NCBI GenBank assembly: GCA_031414955.1
Contig: JANOQV010000124.1
Span: forward strand, 1-18,494
Reading direction: 5' to 3'
DNA length: 18,494 nt
Source of the DNA: Pedosphaera sp.
GTDB lineage: Bacteria > Verrucomicrobiota > Verrucomicrobiia > Limisphaerales > SIBH01
Positions 16,401-18,494 of the stretch are shown one piece after another; within the stretch, counting starts at the first letter, position 1; the number at the start of each line of letters is the position of its first letter. Both the position numbers and the translations under genes were made by a program. The notes below the pieces were generated by a model. The model made no database searches. It saw nothing but the letters and a program-made list of their open reading frames with translations, and was not told the origin of the DNA.

Positions 16401-18377
16401 AGCGACTACACGGCCACCAATGGCACGCTCACCTTCACCAACAGCGAGACGCTGAAGACGCTTGTCATTCCCATCAATAACGACCCGACCCTCGAGTGCA
16501 ACGAGGCCTTCCTCATCGGCCTCGCCAATGCCACGGGCGGTGGCGTCATCCTGCGCAATACCAACACGCTGGTGACGATCATCGACAACGACTTCCCCTT
16601 CTCCGGCGGCCTGGCCGTCGCCTCGCGGGCGGGCACCGGCGTGCAAACCACTCCGGTCTATGATGGTTCGTTTCAGCCCTCGATCAGCGCGGATGGCCGC
16701 TACGTTTCGTTCGTGAGTCACGGCGTCAACCTGACTACGAACCTCGACGCGGGAGGAGAGAATGTTTTCCTGCGCGATCGGCAGGCGGGGACCACGGCGC
16801 TTATCAGTGTCGGCCTGTCCGGGGACGCCGGGAACGGCTATTCGTATGATCAACAGATTAGCGGCGATGGCCGGACGATTGTCTTCAACAGCGACTCGTC
16901 GGATCTGGTGAGCAACGATTTTAACAGCAGTGGCGACGTGTTTGTGCGCCGGTTGACCAATCAGACCACGGTGCTCGTGAGCGTGAGCACCAACGGCGGC
17001 CCGGCCAATGACTTGTCGTTTATCGACGTGAGCGACGATTATTTTGCCACGCGCAGCATCAGCACCAATGGCCGCATTGTTCTCTTTCAGAGTTATGCCA
17101 CGGACCTTGTCCCCGGTATCACCAACAACAATGTGACCCAGGTCTATGTGCGCGACTTCGCTTCCAATCAAACCAAACTGGCCAGCATTGCCCTGGGTGG
17201 GATGACCGAGGCCAGCGATGGTTCGTTCGCCCATACCTTGAGCGAGGACGGCGTGATGGCGGCATTTGTCAGCCGGGCGACCAACCTCGTGGGACTGTCC
17301 GACTCGAACGCTGACACCGACGTTTACCTTCGCAACTTGACCAACAACAACACCCAGTTGATCTCGGTAAACCTGGGCGGAACAGACGCGGGCGACGGCC
17401 AGTCAGGTAACTATGTTTTTGTCAGCGGCAACGGTCGCTATGTGGTGTTCGACAGCTACGCCACCGACCTGACGACCAACGACTATTTCGGGGGGCAAAA
17501 CACGTTCTGGCGCGACACGGTGTCAGGCGTGACGCGGCTTGTCAGCATCGCCACCGACGGAGTGACGGCGGGCGATGATAATTCCCGGCCCGCAGCCATC
17601 AGCCGCGACGGCCGTTACGTGCTCTTCACCAGCTATGCCAACGACTTGGTCAGTGGTGACGACAATTCCAACCGTGACGCGTTCCTGCGCGACATGATCA
17701 CGGGCACAACCACGCTGGTCAGCGTCAACCTCGCGGCCACCGGGCCGGGCGATGATCTCTCCGTCGCCCAGGCGATGAGCGCGGATGGGCGGTATCTTAC
17801 GTTTTACAGCTACGCCACGGACCTCACCGCCGGCCCAGTGCTTGGCTACCAGGAGGTCTATGTGCGCGACCGGGTGGCCGGCACGACCACGCTGATCAGC
17901 CGGCGCTTTGGTTCGGCGGATGGTAGCAACGACTATTCCGAGGAGCCAGCGATGAGCAGTGACTCCGACGTGGTGGCGTATTACGGCTACGGCGGCGGCA
18001 TCGCCTACCAGGACTTCAACGGGGAGGCGGACGTGTTTGCCTTCGACCTGTCCGTCGGCACCAATGATCTGGTCAGCGTGGGGGCTGGCTTGACTGGCAA
18101 CGATTACTCGTACGAACAAACCATCAACACGAACGGCACATTCGTCGCCTTCACGAGCTACGCCTGGAACCTGGTGAACGGTGATTTGAACTTTGGCGAT
18201 GCAGACGTCTTCCTTTTCAACGTCCCCAACAACACGACCTCGCTGGTCAGCGTGAATACCAATGGCATTAGCCGCAACGGGTATTCGTACGGACCCCAGA
18301 TCTCGGCCAACGGGCGCCTGGTGGCTTTCACCAGCTACGCCCCGGACCTCGTCCCTAGACAGTATGGCTGGCGATGA
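7425..18377 (+). CDS. Giant secreted surface protein/adhesin (~3650 aa): 5 x (CSLREA-like cap + parallel beta-helix + Ig-like), 2 x DUF11, Calx-beta, TolB/PD40-like beta-propeller repeats; probably C-terminally truncated
   Basis: ATG 7425 gives a long signal peptide ending ...LSLGLRPVGA|ATFTVT. Modules begin at 7575, 9075, 10641, 12207 and 13749 (DSGxGSLRxAI..AN; divergent in module 2), contain NxISGN/GNxIG beta-helix rungs, and end in DxGANxxQN(F/Y)P...ATATD..TSEFS. DUF11-like domains start at ~15522 and ~15885 (YTITVTNQGP, VTNKGPD). Calx-beta spans ~16260-16592 (VEFASALYNVSE...ATAGSDY...TIIDND). Ten S.DGR.V.F.S.A..L repeats span ~16608-18356. Confidence 0.92.
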   Translation: MTTNYTPSVLGRTLQVLLFQKPARGLIGAAMCLLILMCLSLGLRPVGAATFTVTVTNDSGAGSLRQAILDANATAGTNTIDFNIASAGKTIFPASALPAITNTVSIAGESQPGYAGSPIVELAGSSAGLGVDGLRIFASNCVISALCINRFTSNGVSIATNGGHGIYSCYIGLGTDGVTARANTQSGIFITNSPNNEIGYNVISGNTQHGVHIGGSLAISNLLYDNLIGLDITFTKKANNQDGVRLNAPRNIVGDLSGLALNTISGNNSDGVEIVNAGSSNNIVAYNAIGTDGYSIIGSGLARGNSGDGVLINGAPGNIVAYNMIVANSSDGIEISGAGAFLNQVSANYIGVMDIGFVLGNLGHGVNITSTARTNFIGTNISSANTIAYNNLDGVSVAAGTTTNNTIRANSIFSNGDLGIDLANNGVTANDAGDPDAGANELQNFPVLTFATNTLSGVTMGGALNSRSNATFTIDFYASAQRDTSGNGEGQFYLGSTNVTTGADSNANFIVGFPSVLRGRYVTATATDAHGSTSEFSPAVSAETTVPAMTFVVTNINGNSATGTLWKAINSANQCIAATPNTITFSIPGAGVRAIALTEVLPAITESVIIDGTTQPGASCSTSPTNFDGSILIRIVGSGLAAGTDGLRFTVGNNTVRGLQIVGFTGDGLDFTNGIGNVIECNLIGITDTNTTLANGNGINLNTSGGNTIGGTNAAARNVISGNTTAGIVINGTNSSFNTIQGNIVGLNLAGTTNRPNSIGININGAHTNLIGGTNIGARNLIAGNGSHGVQITASALRNSVLGNFIGTDVTGTADLGNVGSGVLLSASASFNIVGSAALGAGNLVSGNNDGGIHINSATSTNNVVLGNRIGVSVTGTNALPNTGHGVEIEAGRANVIGGTNSGEGNIIAFNTLDGVNNPSATHTNNGIRGNSIYSNGDLGIDIGGAGVTGNDAGDADVGANFLQNFPVLGAVTNSASGTEIRGALNSTASTTFSLDFYSSVAADPTGAGEGQVYVGSTNVTTDGSGNVSFVVAFPVVALTGRFISATATDPFGNTSEFSTNALAVSTLSGTGYVVTTTADSGAGSLRESITLANANINSGDTITFNIPGAGVQVIQPLTALPLVTDPVTIDGTTQPGASCATSPTNFNGTILIRLVGTGLPANSDGLRFTLGGNTVRGLQIGGFVGDGLEFTNGVGNVVECSLIGITHTNTALANGNGIHFNTSGGNRVGGTNAAQRNVLSGNTGAGLRIAGASSSFNTVLGNFIGLQLSGVTNRANGTDGILITAAHSNTIGGTIQGSRNFISGNGSDGIEISSSATNNFLLGNYIGTDVSGTLDLGNGADGVLINPASFTRLGGIGAGNLISANNGDGVQISSTSVGNEIFGNIIGADVSGVSARANAGSGVNIAAGSTNTVGGVAAGAGNIIAFNGGDGVIVSGTTTTNNAVRGNSIHSNGTTTTELGVELSGSNGVNANDPSDGDTGANRLQNFPILTTATNSLSGTEIRGTLNSTAGTLFDIDFYSNVACDTAGNGEGQIYLGSGTVTTDGGGDVTFTITVPVVTLIGRYITATATDPFKNTSEFSPCLPVISTIAGATYTVINTNDSGPGSLRDAIIRANTNISVLDTIRFNIPGAGVQVIQPLTALPTIIDPVTIDGTTQPGASCPTSSTVFDGTVLIRLAGTGLPAGTDGLNFITGRNTVRGLQVVSFLGDGLEFAGGHGNVVECNLIGISETDADLGGANGIHLSASGGNRIGGTNAAAKNVISGHTTGVRAASSLSSFNQILGNLIGLNRAGSASVPNGDGILLSTSHSNNIGGAAAGARNIISGNTDGVQISSSSTNNFIQGNYIGTDFTGTLDVGQTGDGVNLSVSALNTIGGAGVGEGNLISGNNGDGVEISGVSLTNRVLGNRIGTDVTGRPLGNNANGVLISATARDNIVGAVGAGNVIAFNGADGVAIANNAATTNNAIRANLIFSNGDLAVDLAANGLSTNDVNDADTGANGLQNFPVLTAATNSFSGVTIVGTLNSRASTSYEIDFYSTVLPDATGHGEAHQYLGSTTAFTDGGGDVSFSAAFGTVLTNRYVTASATDPLGNSSELSLCLAVASTIASSNFVVTTNADSGPGSLRAAIQLANALISASNDTISFNIPGAGPHTIAPTNALPAIIDGVTINGFTQPGASANTLSNGHNAVLRIRLDGSQAGSGTDGLEVRAGDTVLRGLSIVGWSRDGVRVSAGNGSAIEGCYLGLDPDGTTRHGNGETGARINGPGVGGTAGSTVIGGELPAQRNVISANDYGVRIINSANNLVQGNLLGTDGTGLLDRGNTNHGVFVSGSLALFNTIGGASTGQRNVASGNGESSFSGYGVFLIDCRSNSVLGNFLGTDATGSNALANSGSGLTLASGSMTNFIGAPGAGNVISGNDRYGIHAFFGGGSRGNVIRGNRIGTDVSATRALPNQLGGILLGNAQTNLIGGSAAGEGNVISGNGGNGVEIACCGSSTGNRIQGNSIGTDGAGTAPLGNDSSGLYVGSGGTLIGGMNAGECNVIAYNGQEGVAIGFATGSAVLGNAIFSNGVLGLDLGGDGVTANDPGDADSGANNYQNYPALTRAAVGPVDTLVAGTLNSRSNSSFRLEFFLNTVVDTNGFGEGQTFLATTNVTTDAGGNASFDIPLAGLLTTNQFITATATDTNNNTSEFSRVRRLVGYNTVDLAVTMRESAEPAAIFSNVTYTITVTNQGPTNATGVFVTNTLPAGVAVVGATPSQGTCSSNNGVVICNLGAINDQSFAIVALVLAPSVTGFITNRALAVASQYENDPANNSASESTFAGVTDLQITRRVSTNAPVAGQGYSYIVGVTNKGPDAAMNSSMNYSVGTFNNVFVSGSVSQGSFTRSGDSFTANFGTVAAGATAELTINVIPVNTGSRSDSGSIFHSEVDPVTTFGNSSTNGTVTSVNWTGVVEFASALYNVSEGVGFAVVLVQRLGGSAGTISVNFGTTNLTATAGSDYTATNGTLTFTNSETLKTLVIPINNDPTLECNEAFLIGLANATGGGVILRNTNTLVTIIDNDFPFSGGLAVASRAGTGVQTTPVYDGSFQPSISADGRYVSFVSHGVNLTTNLDAGGENVFLRDRQAGTTALISVGLSGDAGNGYSYDQQISGDGRTIVFNSDSSDLVSNDFNSSGDVFVRRLTNQTTVLVSVSTNGGPANDLSFIDVSDDYFATRSISTNGRIVLFQSYATDLVPGITNNNVTQVYVRDFASNQTKLASIALGGMTEASDGSFAHTLSEDGVMAAFVSRATNLVGLSDSNADTDVYLRNLTNNNTQLISVNLGGTDAGDGQSGNYVFVSGNGRYVVFDSYATDLTTNDYFGGQNTFWRDTVSGVTRLVSIATDGVTAGDDNSRPAAISRDGRYVLFTSYANDLVSGDDNSNRDAFLRDMITGTTTLVSVNLAATGPGDDLSVAQAMSADGRYLTFYSYATDLTAGPVLGYQEVYVRDRVAGTTTLISRRFGSADGSNDYSEEPAMSSDSDVVAYYGYGGGIAYQDFNGEADVFAFDLSVGTNDLVSVGAGLTGNDYSYEQTINTNGTFVAFTSYAWNLVNGDLNFGDADVFLFNVPNNTTSLVSVNTNGISRNGYSYGPQISANGRLVAFTSYAPDLVPRQYGWR
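7575..15510 (+). repeat. Five intragenic ~1.5-1.75 kb tandem modules
   Basis: Equivalent positions at 7575, 9075, 10641, 12207 and 13749 give spacings of 1500, 1566, 1566 and 1542 bp. Modules 2-4 share IPGAGV...IDGTTQPGASC...NTVRGLQ...GNV(I/V)EC.LIGI almost verbatim. Confidence 0.9.
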
Positions 18378-18494
18378 AAGTGAAAGTGGTGCCTGCTCTC
18401 CGGGAACGTGGATTGCGCCGCGTGGGCGGTGCCGAGCCACCAGGTTGGGAACGGAAGTTCCCACCGCAGTTGAAACCACAGCTCCAACAACCTG
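18355..18494. mobile_element. Putative end of an insertion sequence (IS110-family-like non-coding end), cut by the window edge
   Basis: Propeller homology stops at ...GTCC-CT (18355-18356) and is followed by AGACAGTATGG and a hairpin-rich stretch with no protein similarity. A CT core and long non-coding ends are IS110 features. No transposase is visible in the window. Confidence 0.5.

Noticed and set aside
18355..18377. A simple 13-bp insertion (agacagtatggct) whose removal restores LVP-GD
   Set aside because: The restored frame continues ESESGACSPGTW..., which does not resemble the expected DxNxxxDVF propeller continuation, so the downstream DNA is not the rest of the gene.
8973..18479. Many long antisense and alternate-frame ORFs inside the giant gene (e.g. 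8973-9788, 12750-13574, 16245-17234, 17523-18479)
   Set aside because: They are shadow ORFs expected from GC-rich codon bias opposite a repetitive real gene, and they contain no recognisable motifs.

Overview
GC-rich bacterial window, most likely Verrucomicrobiota (Pedosphaerales-like). That assignment is inferred from the gene families, the TPR protein type and a GTAG-type palindromic repeat. Gene order: a 5'-partial three-domain glycosyltransferase (GT9-like + GT71/MNN2-like mannosyltransferase + GT-A domain); a ~300 bp intergenic array of degenerate 21-bp repeats; a stand-alone GspE/PilB-family ATPase; a convergent TPR protein; a Tat-exported sugar phosphate isomerase/epimerase-family TIM barrel; a secreted dienelactone hydrolase-family protein; rluE; and an ~11 kb gene for a giant secreted surface protein (5 x [CSLREA-like cap + beta-helix + Ig-like], 2 x DUF11, Calx-beta, TolB-like propeller repeats). 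The giant gene stops in mid-repeat at a CT dinucleotide followed by a structured non-coding stretch that looks like an IS110-family end. Both window ends fall in repeat-like DNA. The best leads are the putative IS110 end, the 21-bp array, the triple glycosyltransferase with a fungal-type GT71 domain, and palindromic elements read in-frame inside that gene. Family assignments come from motif recognition only; no searches were run.
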